Below, piece by piece: positions 29,649-37,365 of a stretch of 64,000 nt of DNA. The notes beneath the pieces are model-generated. The model was not told where the DNA came from. It searched no databases and worked only from the letters and a program-made list of their open reading frames with translations. Numbering within the stretch: position 1 is the first letter of the stretch; every line of letters begins with the position of its first letter. Made by a program: the position numbers and the translations under genes. The DNA comes from an uncultured Alphaproteobacteria bacterium (lineage in GTDB: Bacteria; Pseudomonadota; Alphaproteobacteria; RF32; CAG-239), in the NCBI GenBank assembly GCA_944393695.1, contig CALYAY010000001.1, positions 185,436-249,435 of the forward strand, given 5' to 3'.

Positions 29649-31331
29649 ATGATTAATACTGAAGTTAAAATCCCTGAAATCACCGAAGATTTTGAAGCCA
29701 TGCTCAATGAGCAGTTTGGTGATAAGGGTATCACCGGCTCCGTCGTTAAGGGAACCATTGTCCGTATTACGCCTGATTTTGTAACCGTTGACGTCGGATT
29801 GAAGTCTGAGGGCCGCATTCCTTTGCGCGAATTTGGCCAGAATGCCGAATTAAAAGTCGGTGATGTTGTTGAAGTTTATGTTGACCGTTATGAAGACAAA
29901 GACGGCAATATCGTTCTTTCTCGTGAAAAAGCCCGCCGTGAAGAAGTATGGCAGGATCTGGAAAAATCCATGAACGCCAACGAGAGAGTAAACGGCATCA
30001 TCTTTGGCCGCGTTAAAGGCGGATTTACCGTTGATCTTAACGGTGCCATTGCCTTTTTGCCGGGTTCTCAGATTGATATCCGTCCGATTCGCGATATTAC
30101 TCCGCTGATGGGAATTTCCCAGCCCTTCCAGATTTTGAAGATGGACAAGGTCAGAGGCAACATTGTTGTTTCCCGCCGTGTTGTTCTGGAAGAAACCCGT
30201 GCTGAAGCCCGTGCCGAACTGATTGATACCCTCAAAGAAGGTTCTGTCCTTGAAGGTGTTGTCAAAAACATTACCGATTACGGTGCATTTATTGACCTGG
30301 GTGGTGTTGACGGCTTGTTGCACGTTACGGACATTTCCTGGAAGCGCATTAATCATCCGGCCGAAGTTCTCAGCGTCGGTCAGACCGTAAAAGTTAAGGT
30401 CATCAAGTTCAACGAAGACAATCAGCGCATTTCTTTGGGCATGAAGCAGCTTGAAGAAGATCCCTGGCAGAATGTTGCCGAGAAATATAAAGTTGGCGAA
30501 ATCTACAAAGGAAAAGTCACCAATATTACTGATTACGGTGCTTTTGTTGAACTCGAAGACGGTATTGAAGGTCTTGTCCATGTTTCCGAAATGAGCTGGA
30601 CCCGCAAAAATGTTCACCCGGGCAAAATTGTTTCCACTTCTCAGGAAGTTGAAGTTAAAGTTCTCGAAGTTGATTCCGACAAGAGAAGAATCAGCCTGGG
30701 CATCAAACAGTGCACCCCGAATCCTTGGGCGGCTTATGTTGAAGAACATCCGGTCGGTTCGGTTATTGAAGGCAAGATCAAAAACATTACCGAATTCGGT
30801 TTGTTTGTCGGCCTGTCTGATGAAATCGACGGCATGATTCACCTGTCCGATATTTCTTGGGACAAATCCGGTGAAGAAGCTGTCAAAGATTACACCAAAG
30901 GCCAGGATATTGAAGCCAAAATCATTGACGTTGATGTTGAAAAAGAACGCATTTCTCTCGGCATCAAACAATTGACCGAAGATACTGTTGCAAGCGCTTT
31001 GGAAGGCTTCAAGAAAGGCGATGTTGTTAAAGCCACTGTTGTCAGCAGCGATGACAAAGGCGTAAATGTTGAAGTGAACGGTGTTTCCGCTACCATCAAA
31101 AAAGCCGATTTGTCAAAAGACAAAGCAGCTCAAAACCCGGAAAACTACAAAGCCGGTGATGTTTTGGAAGCCAAAATCACTTCCGTTGACAAGAAAAACA
31201 ACAAACTGGGCATCTCAGTCAAAGCTCTTGAGATTGAAGAAGAAAAGAAGGCATTGGAAGAATATTCCAATAATACTTCCGGTTCAACCTTGGGCGATGC
31301 TCTGGGCGAAGCCCTGAAGAAAAACGCTTAA
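29649..31331 (+). CDS. rpsA: 30S ribosomal protein S1
   Basis: Six S1 (OB-fold) repeats, for example GKVTNITDYGAFVELEDGIEGLVHVSEMSW. The start is placed at MINTEVKIPE (29649); the track ORF starts at 29571. Confidence 0.95.
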   Translation: MINTEVKIPEITEDFEAMLNEQFGDKGITGSVVKGTIVRITPDFVTVDVGLKSEGRIPLREFGQNAELKVGDVVEVYVDRYEDKDGNIVLSREKARREEVWQDLEKSMNANERVNGIIFGRVKGGFTVDLNGAIAFLPGSQIDIRPIRDITPLMGISQPFQILKMDKVRGNIVVSRRVVLEETRAEARAELIDTLKEGSVLEGVVKNITDYGAFIDLGGVDGLLHVTDISWKRINHPAEVLSVGQTVKVKVIKFNEDNQRISLGMKQLEEDPWQNVAEKYKVGEIYKGKVTNITDYGAFVELEDGIEGLVHVSEMSWTRKNVHPGKIVSTSQEVEVKVLEVDSDKRRISLGIKQCTPNPWAAYVEEHPVGSVIEGKIKNITEFGLFVGLSDEIDGMIHLSDISWDKSGEEAVKDYTKGQDIEAKIIDVDVEKERISLGIKQLTEDTVASALEGFKKGDVVKATVVSSDDKGVNVEVNGVSATIKKADLSKDKAAQNPENYKAGDVLEAKITSVDKKNNKLGISVKALEIEEEKKALEEYSNNTSGSTLGDALGEALKKNA

Positions 31332-31354
31332 TTCCTAAAAAAAGCTTTTTCAAA

Positions 31355-31382
31355 CCTCCGGATTTTTCCGGAGGTTTTTTCT
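31355..31382 (+). terminator. Intrinsic terminator of rpsA
   Basis: CCTCCGGA-TTTTT-CCGGAGG followed by TTTTTTCT, about 25 nt after the stop codon. Confidence 0.85.
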
Positions 31383-31471
31383 GTCTCTTCTTCAGAAAAG
31401 CCTGCCGGACTTTCACGCTTTTTTAATACATGTTGTCCTATGATGAAAAAAAATAATTTTAGAGGAAATCC

Positions 31472-32437
31472 ATGGTTAAAATTAACGACGTAAGATTTTC
31501 GGATATATATGTCACGCCCGATCACAAGGCATATATCCCTGACGGCAAAACCAGAAACGGACTGGCCTTGCTTGAAGCCGAAGATTTTGATGAATTTTAC
31601 AAACAGCTGAGTGAAACCTGGGATGGTAAAAATCCGAGCTATTCCCTGTTATATGACGGAATTTTTTACCGTATTGAACGCACCATGAGCATCTACGGCC
31701 CGCAGTTTTGCGGACGTAAAATGCCCAAACAGGTACCTCCTTTCGGAACTTTGGGTTTTAGCACCCAGTTGAGCAAATATCTGTTGTCTTTGGCCAATGC
31801 TTCGGGTTTGATTCTTTGGGCCGGTCCGACGGGACAAGGTAAAACAACGTCTCTTTCCGCTCTGCTCAAAGAATATCTGCAGTCGGAAGGCGGTTTTGCC
31901 TATACGATTGAAGACCCGTGCGAAATGCCGCTGGACGGTGTTTATCATGCGCGCAAAGGCGGCCTTGGCTTGTGTAAACAAAATATTCCGCCCAACGGCG
32001 ATTGGGGCGCCGGCTTGAAATCTGCCCTGCGTTCAAAACCGCGTTACATCCTGGTAGGTGAGATTCGTACGGCAGAAACGGCGAGTGAAGCCCTGCGTGC
32101 GGCCACATCCGGCCACTTGGTGCTGTCTTCCATCCACGGCAACAACGTGACCGATGCCATAACCTCGGTAGTAAAATACGCCTCCTCAACGTCCATGTCG
32201 GAAGAACTGGCCTATGACCTGTTTTCCCGCGGCATGCTGGCGGTAATGCATCAAACCCTGGTTGGTGTCGGCAATGACCGCCATCCCGAGTTGACTTATT
32301 TGTTTGCCAATCCGGACACCACCAAGGGCGACCAGGTGCGCGGTATCATCAAAACCGGAAAACTCAATCTGGCTACTTCTATTGAGCTGCAGCGGACACG
32401 TCTTGAAAAAGGTATTGAACTTTTCCCGGATATTTAA
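31472..32437 (+). CDS. Orphan secretion-superfamily hexameric ATPase (PilT/VirB11/DotB family)
   Basis: 321 aa. Walker A GPTGQGKTTS, Asp box TIEDPCE, Walker B/His box RYILVGEIRTAETASEALRAATSGHLVLSSIHGNN. The N-terminal domain is short and it lacks the GspE-type tetracysteine motif. Confidence 0.75.
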   Translation: MVKINDVRFSDIYVTPDHKAYIPDGKTRNGLALLEAEDFDEFYKQLSETWDGKNPSYSLLYDGIFYRIERTMSIYGPQFCGRKMPKQVPPFGTLGFSTQLSKYLLSLANASGLILWAGPTGQGKTTSLSALLKEYLQSEGGFAYTIEDPCEMPLDGVYHARKGGLGLCKQNIPPNGDWGAGLKSALRSKPRYILVGEIRTAETASEALRAATSGHLVLSSIHGNNVTDAITSVVKYASSTSMSEELAYDLFSRGMLAVMHQTLVGVGNDRHPELTYLFANPDTTKGDQVRGIIKTGKLNLATSIELQRTRLEKGIELFPDI

Positions 32438-32448
32438 TGAAACCAAAC

Positions 32449-32484
32449 AAAAAATCCCGCTTTCTTGTCAAAGCGGGATTTTTT
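32449..32484. terminator. Bidirectional intrinsic terminator between the convergent ATPase gene and the csoR-like gene
   Basis: 15-bp stem AAAAAATCCCGCTTT / AAAGCGGGATTTTTT with a 6-nt loop, flanked by A- and T-tracts. Confidence 0.8.
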
Positions 32485-32771
32485 CAGTCTTCAAAACGGT
32501 CGAACAGGGTCTTCAACTCGTTTATCTTTTGTTCTCTTTCCTTCGGAGAGTTAAAAGACTGTGCCACGCAATGCTGCAAATGCTTTTGCAGAATATTGCT
32601 CTCCACGGCCCGCAATGCCGAGCGTACCGCCTTAATCTGGATTAAAATTTCCGGACAATAACGGTTTTCCTCAATCATCTTTTTTATCCCCTCAATTTGT
32701 CCTGAAATCCGGTTAAGACGCGGCAGATTTTCAAGATGGGTCGGATGGCAGCTGCAATTCTTTTCAGTCAT
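32484..32771 (-). CDS. Metal-sensing transcriptional repressor, CsoR/RcnR/FrmR (DUF156) family
   Basis: 95 aa: LNRISGQIEGIKKMIEENRYCPEILIQIKAVRSAL...HLQHC. The Cys/His ligand pattern and helical-bundle length are typical of the family. Confidence 0.8.
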   Translation of the reverse strand: MTEKNCSCHPTHLENLPRLNRISGQIEGIKKMIEENRYCPEILIQIKAVRSALRAVESNILQKHLQHCVAQSFNSPKEREQKINELKTLFDRFED

Positions 32772-32843
32772 TTTTCTTTCTTCTTTGCCAGATATGCCAT
32801 CAGTTTAGCAGTTTTCTGCCGGAGAGCAAGTCTTTTATAAAAA

Positions 32844-33080
32844 TTAATGTCTGGTTTCGAACCTGTCGGCAGAATCCGTCTCTTTGGGCTCAATATCTTT
32901 TTTATGCTCAAATTCCGGCAGATTGTGCAGTTGTCTTTGTTCCGGCGTTAATCTGATATTAAAATCCTTTTCATCATCCTCCTCGGCCGGCGGATAATGA
33001 TAACGGGGTGAAGACGGTGTTCGGTATTGCGGCATTTTTCCCTCCTTAAAATCAACAACCTCAATAGTACAGATAATCAT
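32844..33080 (-). CDS. Small hypothetical protein (acidic, Pro-rich)
   Basis: 78-aa ORF; a more likely start is MPQYRTPSS at an internal Met. No recognised motif, so coding status is uncertain. Confidence 0.3.
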   Translation of the reverse strand: MIICTIEVVDFKEGKMPQYRTPSSPRYHYPPAEEDDEKDFNIRLTPEQRQLHNLPEFEHKKDIEPKETDSADRFETRH

Positions 33081-33092
33081 GCCGCAACTGTT

Positions 33093-33581
33093 TTAGGAGC
33101 TGGATTTTAGTTTAGTATCAAACATTTTATTTTGGCGCACGACATTTTCCAAAATGGTTTTCAAAGCCTCGTGCCACATACGGTTGCCCAAATCCACGTT
33201 TTTCTGCCCGCAGTCATAATAATTTTCGCCGCGATGGCAATAACGATTGTTGTTAAATACACCGAGATAGAACTGTTGGTAACCTTTCTTGATATTCTGC
33301 AGTTCGGCGGAAACCTGGTTGCGGTATTCTTCATTGTCAAACAGCTTGTCCAGCTGCTGCTCGATTTGCTGTTCCAGGCAATTGTTTTCATTCAGAATCA
33401 TCAGACTGATTCGGTGATCGCTCAAATCTCCTTCCCGATTCCATCCGGGATGTTTACACTTGCGGAACAGCCGTGTTAACTCGCTTTCAACTTCAAAATT
33501 ATCCGGCGCCGCCTGAGCCAGTGCATTGCCCGCCGAATTTGCCGTTAGCAGCACAAAAAATAAAATCTTAAATATTTTCAT
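33093..33581 (-). CDS. Secreted hypothetical protein with four cysteines
   Basis: 162 aa with a signal peptide (LFFVLLTANSAGNALA). It has a helical, Cys-containing mature region. A weak resemblance to DUF1311/LprI-type proteins is not asserted. Confidence 0.45.
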   Translation of the reverse strand: MKIFKILFFVLLTANSAGNALAQAAPDNFEVESELTRLFRKCKHPGWNREGDLSDHRISLMILNENNCLEQQIEQQLDKLFDNEEYRNQVSAELQNIKKGYQQFYLGVFNNNRYCHRGENYYDCGQKNVDLGNRMWHEALKTILENVVRQNKMFDTKLKSSS

Positions 33582-33678
33582 CGCTCATTCCATAAAATTT
33601 TTTCTTCATTATATCGGCGAAAGATTAATTTTATTTGAAAAGAAAAGCCTCCGGAATTTAATTCTCCAGAGGCTTGTT

Positions 33679-33969
33679 TTATTTTTCCTGCGGCTCAAAA
33701 TCACCGGCAGCCGGCGCGGGCACTTCCTGTGGCCGGGACTGATGAAAATAAGGAACTTCTTCTTTTTTACCCTCAATTTCCAGCATCGGGTTAACAAAAT
33801 TCATGTTTCCTTTTTCCACAAAATAAAAATCACGGCGAATCATAGCCTTGTCTTTAATAGAGAGCTCATTCCATTCCTTTTCGCTCATTCCGTAAGGATA
33901 AGTTTCCTGCGGAGTTGATGAACAAGCGCTCAACAATGCCAATATCCCCAAAACGATTACTTTCTTCAT
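33679..33969 (-). CDS. Small lipoprotein, function unknown
   Basis: 96 aa with the lipobox LLSAC at the end of a signal peptide. Confidence 0.55.
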   Translation of the reverse strand: MKKVIVLGILALLSACSSTPQETYPYGMSEKEWNELSIKDKAMIRRDFYFVEKGNMNFVNPMLEIEGKKEEVPYFHQSRPQEVPAPAAGDFEPQEK

Positions 33970-34072
33970 TGCAGTTCTCCTAAATACTCACAAAAGTAAG
34001 TATATCATAATTTCCTTATACCGCAAAATGTTTTATAGTTTTTTATCGAATTAATTTGATTTATACTATATA

Positions 34073-35227
34073 TCAGATACTTATACTGACCCCGGCAATC
34101 CAGCTGTATCCTTTATTGTTGTCTGCGGCACTATTGGTCAGTCCCTCAAACCGGACTTTGGCCACGGTTGCGTATAATGCCGTATGTTGATTCAGCTGAT
34201 ACTGATTGGTAAACTGAATATACTGATCCTTGTTCGGTGAATTCTCCGCTTTGGCTTCAAAATAGGTAACAGCCGAAGTCAGCTTGTCATAAGTATAGCT
34301 CAGCCCGATGTTCCAGGCTTTGCCTTCCCGGTAGCCGTCATAATAAGCAGGAGTGAGTGCGGATGAACTTTGCGTACTGACCGGATGACGATGTCCGTCC
34401 GTGTTTGTGCGGCGGAAAGATCCGCCCAGGGTCCAGTTTTTGTAACTCACGCTGATTCCGGCGGTATAATCTTTATCATCCTGCGCATAAAGGCCGTATC
34501 CCAGATAAGACGAAATACTGAAATCGCCGAATTGCTGCTGATTCGCCAAAGCAAAAACATAAGCTTCTTTGTTGCGATAAGGAGCATAGCCGCTGATAAG
34601 TCCCTGATTACTGTAAGCTTTGGGCATATAGGAAAAGCCGAATTTTGTTCCGTAATAAGTGGGCGAAATATAAGAAAATTTATTGGCGATATTGTCGCTG
34701 TTCATCTGAGTGGAATTCAGTGTCGGATAAAAAGATGTTTTTCCGCCGTTGCGCACCCAGTTCGGATTGTTCAGAAAATCAGTGATATTGCTGTCATTCA
34801 CAAACAACGGCCCCACCGCCGGTGCCCCGGTGTAGAATTGATATGCCACGTTATAATTCATCCCGGCCTGAAATTGACCGATAGGCGTTTTCAGGGTACC
34901 GTAAGCCTGATTCGTCCATTGGCTTGCCCGGTAATTTTTCAAATACTGCGTTCCGTCGGAATTAGGCAGATAATAAACCGCCAGTTGATAGTCTTTATTA
35001 AAATCATAAGCGGCGGACAGCGTCAGATAAACCGAACTGAACGTATCGTCTTTGTTGTTTTGTGTTTTATATTTGCCGGGATAATTGTTAATCCCGTATA
35101 AAACGGTTACATTCGCCCCGGCATTCAGCGTCCACGGTCCTTCTTGAAATGTCATGGCCCGAGCCTCTGTTATTCCCGATAAAACGGCGGCTAAAACGCT
35201 TAGTTTCAAAATCAAGAAACGATTCAT
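34073..35227 (-). CDS. Outer-membrane porin (beta-barrel)
   Basis: Signal peptide MNRFLILKLSVLAAVLSGITEARA. Alternating aromatic/polar beta-strand periodicity runs throughout (GLSYTYDKLTSAVTYFEAKA and similar). The start is set at ATG 35227; the track start 35248 is a GTG with no ribosome-binding site. Confidence 0.7.
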   Translation of the reverse strand: MNRFLILKLSVLAAVLSGITEARAMTFQEGPWTLNAGANVTVLYGINNYPGKYKTQNNKDDTFSSVYLTLSAAYDFNKDYQLAVYYLPNSDGTQYLKNYRASQWTNQAYGTLKTPIGQFQAGMNYNVAYQFYTGAPAVGPLFVNDSNITDFLNNPNWVRNGGKTSFYPTLNSTQMNSDNIANKFSYISPTYYGTKFGFSYMPKAYSNQGLISGYAPYRNKEAYVFALANQQQFGDFSISSYLGYGLYAQDDKDYTAGISVSYKNWTLGGSFRRTNTDGHRHPVSTQSSSALTPAYYDGYREGKAWNIGLSYTYDKLTSAVTYFEAKAENSPNKDQYIQFTNQYQLNQHTALYATVAKVRFEGLTNSAADNNKGYSWIAGVSISI

Positions 35228-35422
35228 TGTCTTTTTCCCGTATGTCACAAAATATCTGCCGCATATTTAATGCCTTTTTACACCGTTTCAAGGAGATACT
35301 CTTATTTAAAGGGCATGTGGATATTTTTTTGGGACTTTAAATAAAAAAATAATAAATTATTAAAACATAAATGGTAAATTCATCTAAAGTAATAAATTAA
35401 AAATTGAATATATGGAATAAAA

Positions 35423-36013
35423 ATGGATAAGTCAGCGCAAAACGGCCGTTCAATGGTCGAAATGTTGGGTGTTTTGGCAATCGTCGGAGTTTTATCGGTC
35501 GGTGGCATCGCCGGCTACACAAAAGCCATGGCCAAACATCGTGTTAACCAAACACTTGACCAGCTGGCTTTGTTTACCACCAATATCCGCATTATGTACG
35601 GAGCCAAAAACGCTTCGGAAGCAATGAATGTGGAAAATATCATAAAATTTAACCTGGCCTCGCCAGAAATGATTCGCGAAGACCGTAAAAGCCTGCGAAA
35701 TCCTTACAATGGCGATATTTTGGTTGAAGCTACCGCAAACAAAGAAGGTTTTGTCATCACTTATGGCGGTATTGATCAGGCCGGTTGTATTGCTATTGCC
35801 ACGGCAGACTGGGCCGGAACTGCCTCTTCCGGTTTGGTTGAAATGAAAATCGGTAGTGGTGGCGGCCGCAATTTTCCCGAAATTTCTTTTTTGAATAATA
35901 ACGTTTATAACTGGAAAAACAAAAATATTCCCATCAGCGTAGAAGACGCCGGAAAGGCCTGTTCTTCTATCGAAAACGCAATCAGTTGGGAATATAACTG
36001 GATGGCCTATTAA
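35423..36013 (+). CDS. Type IV prepilin (class III signal peptide)
   Basis: The N-terminus MDKSAQNG|RSMVEMLGVLAIVGVLSVGGIAGY has Gly at -1 and Glu at +5 followed by the hydrophobic alpha1-N helix. A C-terminal Cys pair (positions 122 and 180) is typical of a pilin D-region. Confidence 0.8.
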   Translation: MDKSAQNGRSMVEMLGVLAIVGVLSVGGIAGYTKAMAKHRVNQTLDQLALFTTNIRIMYGAKNASEAMNVENIIKFNLASPEMIREDRKSLRNPYNGDILVEATANKEGFVITYGGIDQAGCIAIATADWAGTASSGLVEMKIGSGGGRNFPEISFLNNNVYNWKNKNIPISVEDAGKACSSIENAISWEYNWMAY

Positions 36014-36161
36014 TTTATCTGCCTCAGCCCTTCTCTTTTTGTCATCTTCGGCCTCTTTTCTTATATGTCATCCTCGGGTTTAACCCGAAGAGCCAAATTA
36101 AATAAATCTGCTTTGTATTCTCCCCCTAAATACTTAGGGGGAGTTAGAGAGGGTTTCACAA

Positions 36162-36250
36162 TGTCATCCCTCGTTCAGCGCCAGTCTGAACGTCAAGGGA
36201 TCTTCAAATTTGTCACCCTCTCATAGATGAGAGGGCCGGGGAGAGCAAAT
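36162..36250. repeat. 89-bp composite repeat, copy 1
   Basis: TGTCATCCCTCGTTCAGCGCCAGTCTGAACGTCAAGGGATCTTCAAATTTGTCACCCTCTCATAGATGAGAGGGCCGGGGAGAGCAAAT. It contains two hairpins and is 87/89 identical to 36494-36582. Confidence 0.9.
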
Positions 36251-36493
36251 CCTGCCTTATTTTTCTCACCCTCACCCGCGTCACTCTGTTCCGCGACCTC
36301 TCCCCTCCAGGGAGAGGTGAAAAAAGGAAACTATCCCCCTCAGCCCTCTCTTCCCTCTGTCATCCTCGGGCTTGACCCGAGGATCCAGGTCAAACCAACT
36401 ATCCCTATTCTCCTCCCTAGAACCTTTGTCCCATATTCTCCCTCCCTAAAGTCTTAGGGAGGGTCGGGGAGGGTTTCATATCCAAATAAAAAC

Positions 36494-36582
36494 TGTCATC
36501 CCTCGTTCAGCGCCAGCCTGAACGTCAAGGGATCTTCAAATTTGTCACCCTCTCATAGATGAGAGGGGCGGGGAGAGCAAAT
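36494..36582. repeat. 89-bp composite repeat, copy 2
   Basis: Direct repeat of 36162-36250 with two substitutions (T to C in the first loop, CC to GC after the second hairpin). Confidence 0.9.
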
Positions 36583-36733
36583 TCATCCTTACCCCTCTCA
36601 CCCTCACCCACCCTTGGCGGGGCGAGGGTGACAAACAATCTTCCTAATATTCTCCCCCTAAAACATTAGGAACCCTCCAACTTGTCCTCCCCCTAAAATC
36701 TTAGGGGGAGTTAGAGAGGGTTTCATCCCCCCC

Positions 36734-36982
36734 TCACTTAATCAAAATCTTCACCCGAACCCCATACACCGACGCCAACATCAAAAGATGCTTCAATGAA
36801 AACGAACGCCCGTCTTCTATCATCTCAATCCGGCTGACCGAAATCCCACAGGCCTCCGCCACTTCCGCCAGACTCAACTCTTTCTTCTTGCGCAAAAGCC
36901 TCAAACGTCCTCCCATATCCCGTTTGATATAAAAAATCCGATATTTAATTTTCTTTTGGGAAACCATAATTCTAAACTCCAT
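36734..36982 (-). CDS. XRE-family helix-turn-helix transcriptional regulator (start uncertain)
   Basis: GGRLRLLRKKKELSLAEVAEACGISVSRIEMIEDGRSFSLKHLLMLASVYGVRVKI is a typical HTH_XRE core. Candidate starts are TTG 37021, ATG 36982, ATG 36967, or the Met directly preceding GGRL. Confidence 0.7.
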   Translation of the reverse strand: MEFRIMVSQKKIKYRIFYIKRDMGGRLRLLRKKKELSLAEVAEACGISVSRIEMIEDGRSFSLKHLLMLASVYGVRVKILIK

Positions 36983-37196
36983 TAATTTGTTAAAAACAAA
37001 ACCTGCCTTACACAAATGCAAAGCAGGCGGAGCTAAACAACTGTCATCGTACAGTCGCCGTTATTCAATATATTACCGGCACCCCGCCCAAAACAGCGGA
37101 GATACTTTTAACGATGATGGTATTGTTTAGACACCACCGGCGACCTCTCGCCGGCAACACCCATGATAAAAGAACAAACTCAAAATTGCAAGCCAT

Positions 37197-37224
37197 AAAA
37201 AAAACTGCCCGTTTCCACAGACAG
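37197..37224 (-). terminator. Intrinsic terminator downstream of tRNA-Arg
   Basis: The minus-strand RNA is CUGUCUG-UGGAAA-CGGGCAG (7-bp stem with two G-U pairs) followed by eight U residues. Confidence 0.6.
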
Positions 37225-37233
37225 CTTTCAAAA

Positions 37234-37310
37234 TGGCGTCAGCGGCGGGACTCGAACCCACTACCCACAGTTTAGGAAACTGTTGCTCTATCCTGATGAG
37301 CTACGCCGAC
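37234..37310 (-). tRNA. tRNA-Arg (anticodon CCT)
   Basis: The reverse complement is GTCGGCGTAGCTCATCAGGATAGAGCAACAGTTTCCTAAACTGTGGGTAGTGGGTTCGAGTCCCGCCGCTGACGCCA. It folds by hand into a cloverleaf with a 7-bp acceptor stem, D arm GCTC/GAGC, anticodon stem ACAGT/ACTGT with loop TTCCTAA, a GGTTCGAGTCC T arm, and an encoded CCA. Confidence 0.9.
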
Positions 37311-37365
37311 ATCTTTAGCTTTTATAATAATCTTTCTTCCAAATGGCAAGCCTAAAAATCAGCGT

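Larger units (their letters stand above)
36014..36733. repeat. 720-bp intergenic mosaic of at least five families of short palindromic (hairpin-forming) repeat units
   Basis: Units include CTCCCCCTAAA-N4-TTAGGGGGAG+TTAGAGAGGGTTTCA (36117-36158, 36686-36725, variant 36435-36478, partial ~36647-36678). Others are TGTCATCCTCGGGCTTGACCCGAGGATCC (36358-36386, degenerate copy 36066-36094), CCCTCTCAT-AG-ATGAGAGGG, ACCTCTCCC-CTCCA-GGGAGAGGT, and TCACCCTCACCC...GGGCGAGGGTGA. Confidence 0.9.

Noticed and set aside
29850-30971. 373-aa ORF antisense to rpsA
   Set aside because: It is fully embedded in the well-supported S1 gene on the opposite strand. Its low-complexity F/N/G-rich translation is typical of an antisense shadow ORF.
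36227-36457. 76-aa ORF on the plus strand
   Set aside because: It lies entirely within the palindromic repeat field. Its sequence (…VILGLDPRIQ…) is simply a translation of hairpin units, and it has no ribosome-binding site or homology logic.
36014-36733. Possible CRISPR array, suggested by the many short palindromic repeats
   Set aside because: The units belong to several unrelated families and have irregular lengths and spacing. There are no unique spacers of constant size and no cas genes in the window. The region behaves like REP/RPE-type palindromic elements instead.
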